Of a stretch of DNA of 64,000 bases, positions 1-12,585 are shown in pieces. Position 1 is the first letter of the stretch. Every line of letters starts with the position of its first letter. The notes beneath the pieces are model-generated. The model had not been told where the DNA came from and did no database searches. It saw nothing but the letters and a program-made list of their open reading frames with translations. The stretch is from positions 80,300,116 through 80,364,115 of the forward strand of contig NC_057718.1 of the NCBI RefSeq assembly GCF_004010195.1, given 5' to 3'. The translations under genes were made by a program, and so were the position numbers. The DNA is from Chiloscyllium plagiosum. Taxonomy: Eukaryota.

Positions 1-321
1 CAAGGTCGTTTACCTAGGTAGGGGAGTCCTAGAGGGCATAGATTTAGGGTGAGAGGGGAAAGATTTTAAATGGACCTAAGGGACAACTTTTCACACAGAG
101 GGTGGTGCGTGAATGGAATGAGCTGCCAGAGGAAGTGGTGGAAGCTGGTACAATTACAACATTTAAAGGCATCTGGATGGGTTTATGAATAGGAAGGGTT
201 TAGATGAATATGGGCCAAGTGCTGACAAATGGGACTAGATTAGGTTAGGATATCTGGTCGGCATGGACGAGTTGGAAGGGTCTGTTCAGTCCCTATACAT
301 TTGTATGACTCTATGACTCTA
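1..321 (+). mobile_element. CR1-type LINE 3' end (HER1-like)
   Basis: End of ORF2 and 3' UTR closely match the copies ending at ~29430 and ~46994; ends in (TATGACTC)n tail. Confidence 0.9.
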
Positions 322-329
322 AAAAGGAG

Positions 330-830
330 CATATGCCGCACTGCGAACCAGTTCAAGAAAAAGTGCAGCGCTCTCTACAGTCTCTGGACCATTGAAAATC
401 AAATGTAAAGCGCCAGAAATATTTCACGACTTAACATATCTCCGCAACGGTTTTCAGGCAGAGCGAGATCGGATCTCGAGTTGGTCGACTCAGCCAACAG
501 CATTGTGGGCGGGATGGAGTGGGGGAACTCGCTGGTTGCCCACAGCCAGAGGTAAAGCGATCCCAGCAGCTGTTACACCCTTCTCAGCAGCCTGCGAGTT
601 GCTGGCGTGTCCGGCTGGCATTGGTATGTGATCCAGATTGCAAAAACGAGGACAAAAACAGAGGAAATGTAAGTCTAATGAAAACGATCGGGACCAACCT
701 TAGAGAAATAAAAAAAACAACACACTTTCGCCTGGAACTTTTGCGAGGGTTCTTCTGATCTTCGGCCGTAAATGTTATTGTAAGATCCAAGCATCCACAG
801 ATTTCTGCCGTTCTTCAATCTCAGCTACGA
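330..830. promoter_or_regulatory. CpG-enriched non-repeat segment, possible promoter or first exon
   Basis: CpG density is visibly higher than in the rest of the window; GGGCGG box near 507; donor-like AG|GTAAAG (~551) and TG|GTATGT (~624) on + strand. Confidence 0.35.
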
Positions 831-1503
831 TGTGAGATTGGGAGAAACCCTGGAAAAAAAAATCGACCTTTGCCACTTAAATATGACCAGTGGATCCCAT
901 CGTTAATTATTTATTCCAGCAGTATTCCTCGTCGCCCTGATTTATATTATGTCTTGCACTTGATTCATTTGTCTAAATTGTTACTTGCCAAGATAACATT
1001 ACAGACCTCCAGAATCACCGCCTTATTTTTTAAGTAATACCAGCACTCAACGAACATTTCGAGTGTTGCCATTTATCAGAAGTTTATCGTGTCCAAAAGC
1101 TAGCTTCCACACTTAGCCCAAATGCTTACACAAACAGAAAATCTAATTCTGCCCTTTCCGCTGGCAAGAACAGTGCTGCAGTCATGGCAAATGCAAGGTG
1201 AAACACTCTCGGATCAAATGTTATAGCCGATCCCACTTAACTGTTTATTGTATCATTAAATATTCCTGTTAAGTGAATAAAATTGTAGAAGGGCCAACAT
1301 AAACATTCCACTCATTTTGGTTAAATAAAGAGCTATAAAATTTCCATTATCTGAATAGTTTCCTACGATTGTATTGCATTTCCCAGCGTAGTGAACTTGA
1401 CCATGTTTGTAACTCACCGCAGGAATTTGTTACTGCACACCATGATACAGCATCAATAAATGAAAAACAGCATAAAAATACTGAATACTGAGTTGTAGTT
1501 CGT

Positions 1504-1719
1504 TGTTAAAAATCACACATCATAGTCCAACAGGTTTAATTGTAAGCACACTAGCTTTCGGAGCGTCGCTCCTTCATCAGGTGGTTGTGCCCTGATTCGG
1601 CACAACCACCTAAGCACTCCGAAAGCTAGTGCTTCCAATTAAACCTGTTGGACTATAACCTGGTGTTGTGTGATTTTTAACTTTGTACACCCCGGTCCAA
1701 CACAGGCATCTCCAAATCA
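1504..1719. mobile_element. Palindromic Penelope-like (pLTR-derived) short element
   Basis: Fold-back arms (ttaaaaatcacac...gtgtgatttttaa); 15-bp TSD TGAGTTGTAGTTCGT at 1489-1503 and 1720-1734; related copies at 26790 and 58167. Confidence 0.85.
1549..1583 (-). ncRNA. Minimal type I hammerhead ribozyme motif
   Basis: Minus strand reads CAC CUGAUGA A GGAGC GAC GCUCC GAAA GCUA GUG: conserved core, paired stem II, short CAC/GUG stem I, palindromic AGCU in place of helix III. Confidence 0.7.
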
Positions 1720-1974
1720 TGAGTTGTAGTTCGTCTGTTATGAATGAGTTTCATAAAGTTGATATTAATACAGGATATTTCTGGTTTTCTCAGATAAAGA
1801 CTGTTTTTATTTGTCATGATTAATAAATTATTTATTTTTGGAAAAAAAACTATTATTTTCTTGATTGCAATGCTTCTTTATTTGCAACACATTATCACGC
1901 ATTCAAATATTTAGTTTTCAATACTTCCTCTCTCCACCTGAAAGAAATCCTATTCTTGCTGGGTTGAAGATGAT

Positions 1975-2345
1975 AAAACTTGTCTTTCATGTAACATTTT
2001 ATGACCTCAAGACATCCCAAAGCAATCTAACCCCATGAAGTACCTTTGAAGAGTATCATTACTGTAATGCAGAATACATGGCAATCAATTGACAAACATA
2101 GGAGTGAACAAACCTGTTAATAAACAGTTGAGTGACAAATATTTGCCAGGACATTGGGTAGAACTCCTTTGCTTATCAATGAAAAGTACCATGGTATTAT
2201 TTTCATTGCCTAAAAGCTGTCAGAGCTTTTGTTTAATAACTTATCCAAAAGACTACATTCAACAGACGTGCAGCTCTCAGCCTGGATTATATTGTCAAAT
2301 CTCTGCAGTGGAACATGAATCCATTATTTGATTCAGAGGGGAAAC
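1975..2345 (-). mobile_element. Deu-domain SINE (SacSINE1/AmnSINE1-like), decayed
   Basis: Minus strand resembles the DeuSINE body and tail (tgtcctggcaaatattt...ttcaaaggtacttcatggg...ctttgggatgtcttgaggtcataaaatg). Confidence 0.6.
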
Positions 2346-2861
2346 AGATTTCAATCACTCTCTTATTGTTGGCCATGTTTTCTGTAGCCTTAGTCCTAAA
2401 CTCTGGAATTGCTGTCTCCTGTCTCTCCAGCAAAGCTCTTGCCTTGAATTCTTTCTTTAAGGTATTTTTAACAGTTTACTCATCTACTCTTATATATTCT
2501 TACATGGCTAAGTATCATACTTTATTTTATAAGGTCCAGAGAAATATTTTGATTTTCTTTATAAAAACTGAGTTGCCATATAAATACAAGTTATTTTTGA
2601 TATCACATACAAAATTATTGGCCATCTGTGTGGTGCACAATTCATGTCTGTTCCTGTGCAAAAGTGAGCGTTAGCCAATGCAGCATGTATCACCAAGAGA
2701 TTTTGCAAATAATGGGTATATTGTTCAGATGAATGAGAGATGATCCCATTAAAACATATAAGATTTCAAGAGGAGTGAATTGAGTAAATATTGGGTGTTG
2801 GATTTAATGGAGGTGAAGGGATTTCTCCCGTCACATAAAGAGCCAGTAAGAGCCATTCGGT

Positions 2862-2985
2862 TTCGAAGGACTTATGCCCCAAACGTCGACTCTCCTGCTC
2901 CTCGGATGCTGTCTGACAGGCTGTGCTTTTCCAGCATCACACTCTTCGACTCTGATCTCCAGCATCTGTAGTCCTCACTTTCTCC
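2862..2985 (+). mobile_element. Penelope-like pLTR fragment
   Basis: 15-bp TSD TAAGAGCCATTCGGT at 2847-2861 and 2986-3000; the same terminus (gtcctcactttctcc) is attached to the GIY-YIG ORF element at 50788-51415. Confidence 0.85.
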
Positions 2986-4080
2986 TAAGAGCCATTCGGT
3001 GCTTCTTTTAGGGAACCTGCTCAATTAAATGCCACCCAGGCACTGAATTGAATATGGTCTGAGCTATCCCCAAATTAAGTAGGCATTAATAGGCTACTCA
3101 AGGGCCTCAGTTAGTGGCATAGCAGGATGGCCATGGATTTAACTGAAGCAAAGATGGGAAAGGTGACTGGGTTTCTACCAGTCTTCCTCTGCATGATTAA
3201 TATCAAGTCAACTTCAAAGTTGCCACAGAGACAGCATTAAATTTCGCATTAGTCCAGAGAGTGCAGAACCAGGAGTGTAGTTTAAGAAGAATTTATGGTT
3301 ATTTAGGACTGAGATTAGGAGAAATTTCTTCATTGAGAAGGTTCTGAATCTAAAAATCTCTCCCATAGAGGACTGTGGATCCTCAGAGGTTGAATATATT
3401 GAAGATTGGGATCAATACATCTTTGACACTAAGGGAATTAAGTGAAATGGAAATCGATTTGAGGGTCAAATGGTCCAGTATTGCTCCCAAAGTGCTAGGT
3501 TCCAAAATCAACAATTCTTGGGTAACTGGAAAAATAAATGTACAAGGGCAAGGTTGGTGTGAGGGACAGGCAGAGATGAAAGCAGGAGGTGCATGGTTAC
3601 ACCATCTGCAGTTGTACATCATTGTGAAGTAGGATTTGAGAAGGGGTATTAGACGTGAGCATACTGTCAAAACACTGATTTCAGCAATACTGTTGGCAAT
3701 GCATCAGTGATAGCAGCTTCACTTATTCCTGATAACTTTTGCTCCATAGGAATTATTACATGCAGCTGGGCGTAGCTCCAACCCATTAGGTGTTGCGATC
3801 ATTGGTCATCTTTTCCTACTAAAGAAAGTGAGGTACGTGACAGTGATGCCATATAATTGAGTAATATCACTGCCACAGCTAAACATTTGGCAATGTTTGC
3901 AACTGTTTGACATGAGTGCACGGCTTCCAGTAGTGCTAAGCAGCTGAGTGTGAACTGAGCATTTGTGAAGTTTGAGTTGTGGTTAATTTTAACTGTTAAA
4001 GAAGTCTGGTGAATGGTACAGAGTGAGACTGGGTGGTGCAATATATGGGATATATCAGATAAGGGGTGCATTCATTGATG

Positions 4081-4330
4081 TTGACAGTTTGTGTGAGATC
4101 ATTAAACTTATTGTAGCACTGTATCCAGCTCTTTGTCTCTAAAGTAGTGGCACCAACTGCAATAGACACTGAATCACCATTTCATTCCCAGCACTTGACT
4201 GATTGACAACCTGGTTTCCTGACAAAAGAGAAATTATTCTCCTGAGAACCCCTTTCACTAAAGATTGCAATGTATCATCCAAAAAATCTCCTTCCAACAC
4301 TTCAAATCTTCTCCAAGCAGATCTCCTCAT
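4081..4330 (-). pseudogene. PIF/Harbinger Myb/SANT-like ORF fossil
   Basis: Minus-strand translations FLDDTLQSLVKGVLRR and KSWIQCYNKFNDLTQTV resemble the Harbinger Myb/SANT motif (W.QC.KKFNDL). Confidence 0.55.
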
Positions 4331-4402
4331 TCAATCTCACCTGCAGTCAGATTGTACATTCCTTTAAGAGTGTATCTGGCTTTAAGTTGTTATAAGTTAT
4401 TT

Positions 4403-4750
4403 GGGGAAGTGATAGCTTAGTGATATTATCGCTGGACTATTATTAACAAAAAGTATATTATGGGGATCCAGGTTTGAATTTTACCATGACAGATGGTGGA
4501 ATTTGAATTTTAAAAAATCTAGAATAAGGGATTTAATGATGACCATTTGATTGTCAATTGTCAAAAAAATCCATCTATTCACGAATGTCCATTAGGGAAG
4601 AAAATCTGCCATCCTCAGCTGATCTGGCCTACATGTGACACAAGACCCACAGTGATGTAGCTGACACCGAAGTGCACTCTGGACAATTAGGGATAAGAAG
4701 TAAGTGCTGGCCTGGCCAGTGATACACATAAACCGCGAGTAAATACAAAG
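4403..4750 (+). mobile_element. tRNA-derived SINE with L2-like tail
   Basis: A/B-box-like head; tail caattagggataag...tgctggcctggccag shared with 31038-31105; a minus-strand copy lies at 34885-35215. Confidence 0.65.
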
Positions 4751-5447
4751 AGAAAGCTCAGCTGAACTTTTCCAGTTACTTGGCTCCTTAATTCATAACT
4801 GAGATCATTTGTTTGCACAGGTACTTACATATTAGAGCGAAGCCTCTCCATATTGATCAGCTCTTGAGAAATCTCAGTTGTATGCAGTCAGGACTATTGT
4901 TAAATGTTTACAGTATTAGGTGTGAAGCCTGACTGCACCAATGAGACTGCCCAATCGAGGCACCTATGCTGACTAATGCCAGTAAACCTGACCCAAGCAG
5001 GCAAGGAGTGCTGAACTCAAATGCATGCTCAACTCAAAAGGCCATCTTTTGTGGTTGTGTCCTTGTCCCATGCAATCCTTTGGTGGAAAGTTATTGGAAG
5101 TGTACATTCTCCTAGTTGCAATGAAACACCAAAAATCTGATGGTGCATGAGCTGCTCAACAATGTAGCTCCTTTTATGTGAATCATGGTAGACATGTAAG
5201 AAGCAGTTTCAGTGTGGTGTCAGTCGTGTTGCATTGGTCACTGCAATTAGTAGCAGACATTAATTGAATGAAGTATCTAATGGAGATGCTTGGCCAATGC
5301 TATAAGGAACAGCAACAGAGCCCTTGTGTGTGAACATTCTCTGCATTGGCAACCTTAAAACACTAAGTCATATTCTTAGGAGGAGTGAGTAGGGAGTGTT
5401 ACATACCATGACAGAGTATAGCAGATTATTCATCTTTCTATGGTACT

Positions 5448-5540
5448 AAAGCCAGGTTTCCCTGATCCACCCATGGTCACTGTACTCTGGAGCAATCTCT
5501 GTCCAAGCTTCATCAGTTAGGATAGCTTCTTGGTGACATC
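5448..5540 (+). pseudogene. PIF/Harbinger DDE transposase fossil
   Basis: Translates KARFP*STHGHCTLEQS...LG*LLGD, matching the Harbinger motifs ARFPGSxHD and GWLLGD with in-frame stops. Confidence 0.55.
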
Positions 5541-6201
5541 TCTTGAGAAAAGATTTTCCTTTCTCTCCTGGGCAGCCTTCAGGTAAGCCTCTAGGGAGAC
5601 ATTGCTAAACCACAGTGTGGCTTTTTGATATTCTCTGACATCTTCAGAGGTGGGTGGGGGTGATGGGCAGAGGTTGAGTGAGGCTATTGGATTTCAGAAA
5701 GTGAAGTGTCATCCAGTGCCTTTAAATATGGTGACAGATTTCAGAACTTGAAAGTTTCCAGTGGGCTTCCTGCCAATAGAAACTGTCATTTTACCTGTAT
5801 ATGCATATATAATGAAATGAAAATAATGTAATTTCATGGGAAAACCCACCCCACTCCCAAGTAGATGTCCTTCCTACTTTTGTACCGACTGCAACACATA
5901 AAAACAAAATTACACTCATATCTAAGCAAAGTTTGACTACTAAAACTTCAGATGTATTTTTAGGACAGTCAGGCAAGTTTAAATTATGGTTATCAGTAAT
6001 TAGGAACAAAATTATGTCTTCGATCCAGGCTTTTAAATAAAATTCATCTTATTACAATGCGCCTATGAGATACTGTCTAAAATAACTCACACGTACTATT
6101 AAAATGCACGGACATCTCTGCTGAAACATTTTGTTCATTTGGGGATTGATTATATTTGAGTATTTCAACACTAAAATTTGGATAATTTTAGCTGTGTTTT
6201 A

Positions 6202-9200
6202 GACCATAAGACTATAAGATATAGGAGCAGAAATTAGGCCATTCAGCCCATCGAGTCTGCCCCACCATTCAATCATTTTTCAACCCCATTTTTCCGCTTT
6301 CTCCCTGTAACCCTTGATCCCCATGAACCTAACTTCGTCATCAAAATACTCAATGACCTGGCCTCCACAGCCTCCTGTGGAAATGAATTCCATCGATTCA
6401 GCATTCTCTGGCTGAAGAAGTTTCTCCTTATCTCCATTCTAAAAGGTCTTCGTTTCACTCTAAGGCTGTGCCCTTGGGTCCTAGTCTCTCTTACCATGGA
6501 AATATCTTCCTAACATCAATTCTGTCCAGGCCATTCAGTATTCCGTATGTTTCAATTAAATATCCCCTCATCCTTCTAAATTCCATCGAGTACGACCAAA
6601 GGTCCTCAAACGTTTCTCATAAATTAAGCTTTACATTCCTGGGACCGTTCCTGAGATATGGGGTCCAAAACTGCACACAATACTCCAAGTGTGGCTTGAC
6701 CAGAGCCTTGCTGAGCCTCCGACTGCTTTTCTATTCAAGTCCTCTCAAAATAAATGCCATCATTGCATTTGCCTTCCTAACTACTGCCTCAACCTGCAAG
6801 TTTACTTTGAGAGAATCCTGGATGAGAACACCTAAGACTCTCATCACTTCAGTCTTCTGAATTGTCTCCACATTTAGAAAATAGTCCATGCCTCAAAGTG
6901 CATGACCTCACACTTGTACTTCATCAGCCACTTCTTTGCCCACTCATGACCTGTCCAAATCCTTCTGCAGCCCTCCCGCCTCCTCAATGCTACCTGTTCC
7001 TCTACTTACTTTTGTACCATCTGCAAACTTACTCAGAATGCCCTCACCTCCTTCATCTAGATCGTTAATGTATAAAGTGAAAAGTTTGGTCCCAACACTG
7101 AGCTTTGCAGAACACCACTTGTCACCGGCTGCCATCCTGAAAAGGACCATTTTATCTCCACTGTCTGCTTCCTGCCAGAGCCAAGCTTCTACTCATGCTA
7201 GCAGCATGCTTCTAACACCATGGGCCCTTATCTTACTCAGTAGCCTCTTGTGCAGCACCTTATCAAAGACCTTCTTGAAGTCCAGGTAGATAACATCCAT
7301 TGGCTCTCCGTGGTCTAACCTGCTTGTTACTTCTTCAAAGAATTCTAGCAGATTTGTCAGGCATGACCACCCCTTGATGACCATGCTGACTTTGCCCTAT
7401 TTTACCACACACTTACAAATATTCAGAAATCTCATCCTTCTCTATGGATTCCAGGATCTTATCCATGACCAAGGTTAGGCTAATGGGTCTATAATTGTCT
7501 GTCTTTTGCCTGACTCCCTTTTTGAACAGGGGTGTCACATTAGCAATTTTCCAGTCCTCTGGGACCCTCCCTGATTGTAGCAATTCCTGAACGATCACCA
7601 TGAACACTTCCATTATCTCTTCAGCTATCTCCCTTAGAACTCTGGGGTGCAGTTCATCTGGTTCAGGTGATTTATCCATCTTCAAGTCATTCAGTTTTCC
7701 TAGTATCTTCTCGTTGGTGATGCCACCATATTCAGCTCTGCCCCCTCACTGTCTTGAATTTTTGGGATATTACTCGTGTCTTCTACCATGAAGACCGATA
7801 CAAAGTAATTATTTAGTTCCTCAGCTATTTCCTTGTTCCCCACTACTATCTCTCCAATGTCATTTTCCAGTGACCCAATGTCCACTTTTGCCTCTTTTTT
7901 CCTTTATTTACTCACTAACTTACCCTCATATTCAATCTTCTCCCTCCTTTTATTTTTACACTCTGTTGGTCTTTGTAAGCTTTCCAATCCTCTGGCTTCC
8001 CACTGCTCTTTGCCACATTATATACTTTCTCTTTTGCTTTTATACTATCCCTGACTTCCCTAGTCAGCCATGGTTGCCTCATCCTCACTATAGCATGCTT
8101 CTTTTTCCTCGGGATCAACCTCTGCTGTGTCCCCTGAATTACTCCCAGAAACTCCTGCCATTGCTGTTCCACTGTCTTTCCTGCTAGGAGCCTCTCCCAG
8201 TCAGTTCTACCCAGCTCCTCCCTCATGCCTTTGTAGTTGCGTTTATTCAACTGTAATATCGTTACCTCTGACTCTATCTTCTCCCTCTCAAATTGCAAAG
8301 TAAATTCAATCATTTTATGATCACTGCCTCCTAAGGGTTCCTTCACTTGAAGCTCCTGCCTCATTGCACAAAACTAAATCCAGTATTGCCTGTTCCCTAG
8401 TGGGCTCCATCACAAGCTGCGCCAAAAAGCCATCTCATACACATTCCACAAATTCCTTTTCTTGCAACCCACCAACCTGATTTTCCCAGTCCACCTGCAT
8501 ATTCGAAATCCCCCATGATCACTGAAACTTTGCCTTTCCTACACATCTTTTCTATCGCCTGGTGTATCTTGCAACCCAACTCCTGATTATTGTTTGGAGG
8601 CCTGTACATAACTCCAACTATGGTTTTTTCACCTTTGCAGGTCCTCAATTGTACCCACAAAGAATCTACACCATCTGACCCTACTTTGTTTCTTACTATA
8701 GATTTAATTGCATTTCTTACTAATAAGGCAACCCCACACCACTCTGTTCACCTGCCTATCTTTTCAATAGGATGTTTGTCCTTGAATATTCAGCTACCAA
8801 TCCCGATCCCTTGCAGCCACATCTCCATGATACCCACCACATCTTAGCTGCCAATTTCGATCTGCGCCACAAGCTCATTTACCTTGTTTCTTATACAGCG
8901 TGCATTCAGATACAACACCTTCAGTCCTGTATTAACCATCCCTCTTCTCATTGTCATTTGTTTGTCCAGAGTGCTTGACGCTTGATTGCTAACCCTTTCT
9001 ATACACTCTGCCCTATTTATGTCTGCACTGAAGATTTTAATAACCTCTCCTAAGTTCTGCACTCTTGCTTCCTCCTTTAATTTGGGTTTACTGATTTCCC
9101 CAATAACTGATCCCCCCCCACCCCAACCATTTAGTTTAAAGCCATGTCGACGGCCCGAGTTTTGTGATTCCATAGGCCTCTGGTCCCAGCACAGTTCAGA

Positions 9201-9305
9201 TGAAGACTGTCCCATCGGAACAGGACCCTTCTTCCCCAGTACTGGTACCAATTTCCCATGAATTCAAACCCATTTCTCCCACACCAACCTGAGCCACATA
9301 TTTTG
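6202..9305 (-). mobile_element. Near full-length CR1 LINE, decayed
   Basis: APE endonuclease (LKVLYLNARCIRNK, GVMYRPP, IMGDF, GSDH) and RT (NYRPISLT, SCLTNLLEFFEEVT, YINDL, KFADGTK) fragments; 3' tail at ~6202. Confidence 0.92.
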
Positions 9306-10493
9306 CCACTGATGGATTCAAAATTCCTATCACCTCAGGTTTTCTGCTGTGAATCATTTCCCATTCTGGGTTTTCTCACTCATAGCTGCTGCCATAAAAT
9401 CACAAGAAAAAATACCTATTTCATAAGATGCATGTGATAATATTTGAAGAACAGGAAGAAGGTAGAAGAGTGGGGTTAAAAAACATATCAGCGATAATCG
9501 AAGGTGGAGCAAACTTGATGGGCCTAATTCTGCTCCTATATCTTATGGTGTTTTGTTCTGTGATCAGATTTTATCAGGGCTTCCAATACTCTGGTGTGAT
9601 GTATTTAGGAAGGAATTGATCAGATGGCACCAGATGCAAAATGCTTGACTACATATTTGCTCAATGTTTGCAATTGTTTTGGTGTTTATACTTGGCACTA
9701 AATAAAATTTTGACCTTGTTTTATGGAGAGATAATTAACATAATTGTTAAATCAAAGCACATTGAAAAATAGAAAGATTTCAGGAAAAATAGACTGAGAA
9801 TAAATAAACTAATACAAGAGAACTGTTTCCTCCTGGGAGAGGTGGTTGGAGACTGGGGCATCTGGTTACTCAGTTAATAATGTTATTGTACCAGGTCTCC
9901 CAATTAACAATTGAGAATTGAGAGCAGGCCAAAAACAATTTTCACCCTGATTTATGGTCTTCTGAAAAATATTACAACAAAATGTTAGGAGAGGCTGCAA
10001 CTAATTTGAATTTTCAATTCTGGTAACTGCATTACTGTGTTTTCCTTAAATTTTTCTTTCATAAAAGGTACTAACCGTGCCCTTTCTCACAATAAGCTTT
10101 TAATATCCCTTTATTACAAACTTTAATGGTGTAAATTTCTCCATGTTTTATCCAGTCTCTTCCTTTAATTGCCCTTTAATAAGTCTCTGTAAAATAATTG
10201 AATAGCTTTGTTTCAACAAAAGTTTCTAGGAGCGAATTCAATATTCCAGCCACCCTCTGCGTAAATATTTTTTAACACTTTAATTATTTTTTCAATTGCC
10301 TTAAATTGAGGTCCTTTTATTACTGTTTGGCAATAAATGGAAATAATTCATTGTTATCTTTCCAAAGCTGTAACTTCGCATTTCTGGTAACATTCTAAAA
10401 ATGTTTCACTGTACAGATTTCCTGTAATAGAATCTCCAAGCTCTTTGCAGTACAAATGCATGTAAGATTATTACTGTTTTGTTGGAACAAATT

Positions 10494-12010
10494 ACAACAA
10501 ATGCTGGAATCTGTACTGAAAACTGGAGATCATAGCAGGTCAGATAGCATCCATGGAGAGAGAGCAAGCTAACGTTTCGAGTCTAAATGACTCTTCATCC
10601 AGTTGAAGTGTGGAGGGGAACAGCATTTATGTTATAGTTTGGGGGTGGGAGCGGGGGGCGTTGGGGTAATGGGTGGAGGGTGCTGGTGAAGAAAAGGTGT
10701 TGATAGTTCAGATGAAGTGATCAGAATGTGAGAATGGCAGAACAATGGTGTGTCTCCTGCCAGACTTGAAAGGATAGTAGGTGGGATGGGAGGAGTGGAG
10801 GACATGATAACAAGCTAAAAGAAAGGGATGAAATGTTCACAATTTAAATGTGTTGAACTCAATATTAAGTCTAGAAGGTTGTAAAGTGCCTCGTCTGAAG
10901 ATGAGATGTTGTTCCTCCAGTTTGTGCTGCGATTCACTGGAGCACTGCAGCATGCAGAGAATAGACATGTGGTTATGCGAGCAGGATGCTGAGTTAAAAT
11001 GACCAGCTATGGCAGGAGCATAAAATGGCACAGAAGCAGTCATGGAATATACAAGAAAAAAGTTGCGGGGGGATCCAATGTTAGATAAGGATCGTTCCAC
11101 ATACCCCATAAAGAGACAGGTGGATGCCCACAGCCACTCTTTTGAACTTGGGAGAAGTGAGATGAATTAAAGGATTAAAGAATTAAGAGAATAAATTCAG
11201 CCAGATGGGGGAGAGTGGTGGTGGATGGGGATTGTTCAAGCATCTGGTCAAGGAAGAAGCGGAGAGCTCTCAGACCATCCTGGTGAGGAATGGAGGTACA
11301 GAGGGATTGGACATCCATGGCAAACAGGAGGCAGTTAGGACCAGGGAACTGGAAATTTTCAATATAAGGGAGGGCATCAGAGACATCGCAGATGTCGGTG
11401 GGCAGGGTCTGGACAAGTGGAGAGAGGATGGAGTCAAGGTAGGAGGAAATGAGCTCAGTGGGGCAGGAACAGACTGACATGATGGGCCTACCAGGAAGTC
11501 TGGGAAGGGGGTAGAAGTGGGCTGTCCAGAGTTAGGAGACTACTAGGTTGGAGGCAGGAGTTGGAGGGGGTGGGGGAAGATCTCCAGAGGTAATGAGATC
11601 GGTGACACTCCTGGCAACAATGGCTTGATGTTCAGATATAGAGTCATGCTCCAGGGCAGTAGGAAGAAGTGTCCGAGTGTTGGTGTTGAGCTTCTGTAAG
11701 ATAAAGATCAGTGTGCCAGACTGCAATAGCACCACTTTTGTTGGCCGATTTGATAACAAAGCGAGAATTGGACCCAAGAGAGTGAAGTGTAGCAGTTTCA
11801 GAAGCAGACAGGTCAGAATGGGTGAGAGGAGCAGAGAAATCGCGATGGCTGATGTCATGACGGTGGTTTTCAATGAAGAGATCAAGAGCAGGTAAGAAGC
11901 TAGGGGAAGGGATCCAAGTGGAGTGTGAATACTGGAGACGGGTAAAGAGATCAGTGGAATGCGGAGGGTAATCCTGCCTGAAGAAGTGAGCTTGGAGACA
12001 GAAGAGGTGG
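10494..12010 (-). mobile_element. Penelope-like retroelement, internally deleted
   Basis: RT fragment (LFAMDVQSLCTSIPHQDGL), GIY-YIG C-terminus (AGHFNS...EQHLIFRRGTLQPSRLNIEF), and a pLTR with HHR-like core ctggatgaagagtcatttagactcgaaacgtta near 10569-10603. Confidence 0.88.
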
Positions 12011-12585
12011 AAAAACAGTTCAATATCTTCTCTGATCTTTCAGCATTTGTCGTCTTCATTACTTTTATGTCTTTGTATTCTACTCCCCCGAACAGTTCAA
12101 CTTGCATTTTCAATCACTTTATCTAGTTTATTCTACCATTTTAATGGCCTTTATATCTTCACACTGAAGTCCTTCTCCAATTCATCCTAAAAAAAGACCA
12201 CTTTTAACAGTATTTTCTATTTCTTTCAAAATTCAGACCATGATTAAAATCTGAAATTAACTTTATTAATACGCCATGTAAAGTTTATTTTATAACAATT
12301 CCCTGTGCTAGAAAATAAAGTTCATGTGGAGTGGTCCATGTAAAGTGGGATGATAAACTGTTCTGACATCACAGAATGTTTTATCCTGTAGTACATCGTC
12401 ATGCAATGCACAGTGCATTATTCTGTTACTTCAGAGAAGCTGTGCTGAATCTTGACTATCCCTTCAGGATCTCACAGAATAATGCTGTAAATACGAACAT
12501 CTGCATAGCTATCTATGCAATAACATGATCAGAAGATGAGGAAATTGTCCATCTTTCAATTATATGTCTAAATACCTGTAGATAC

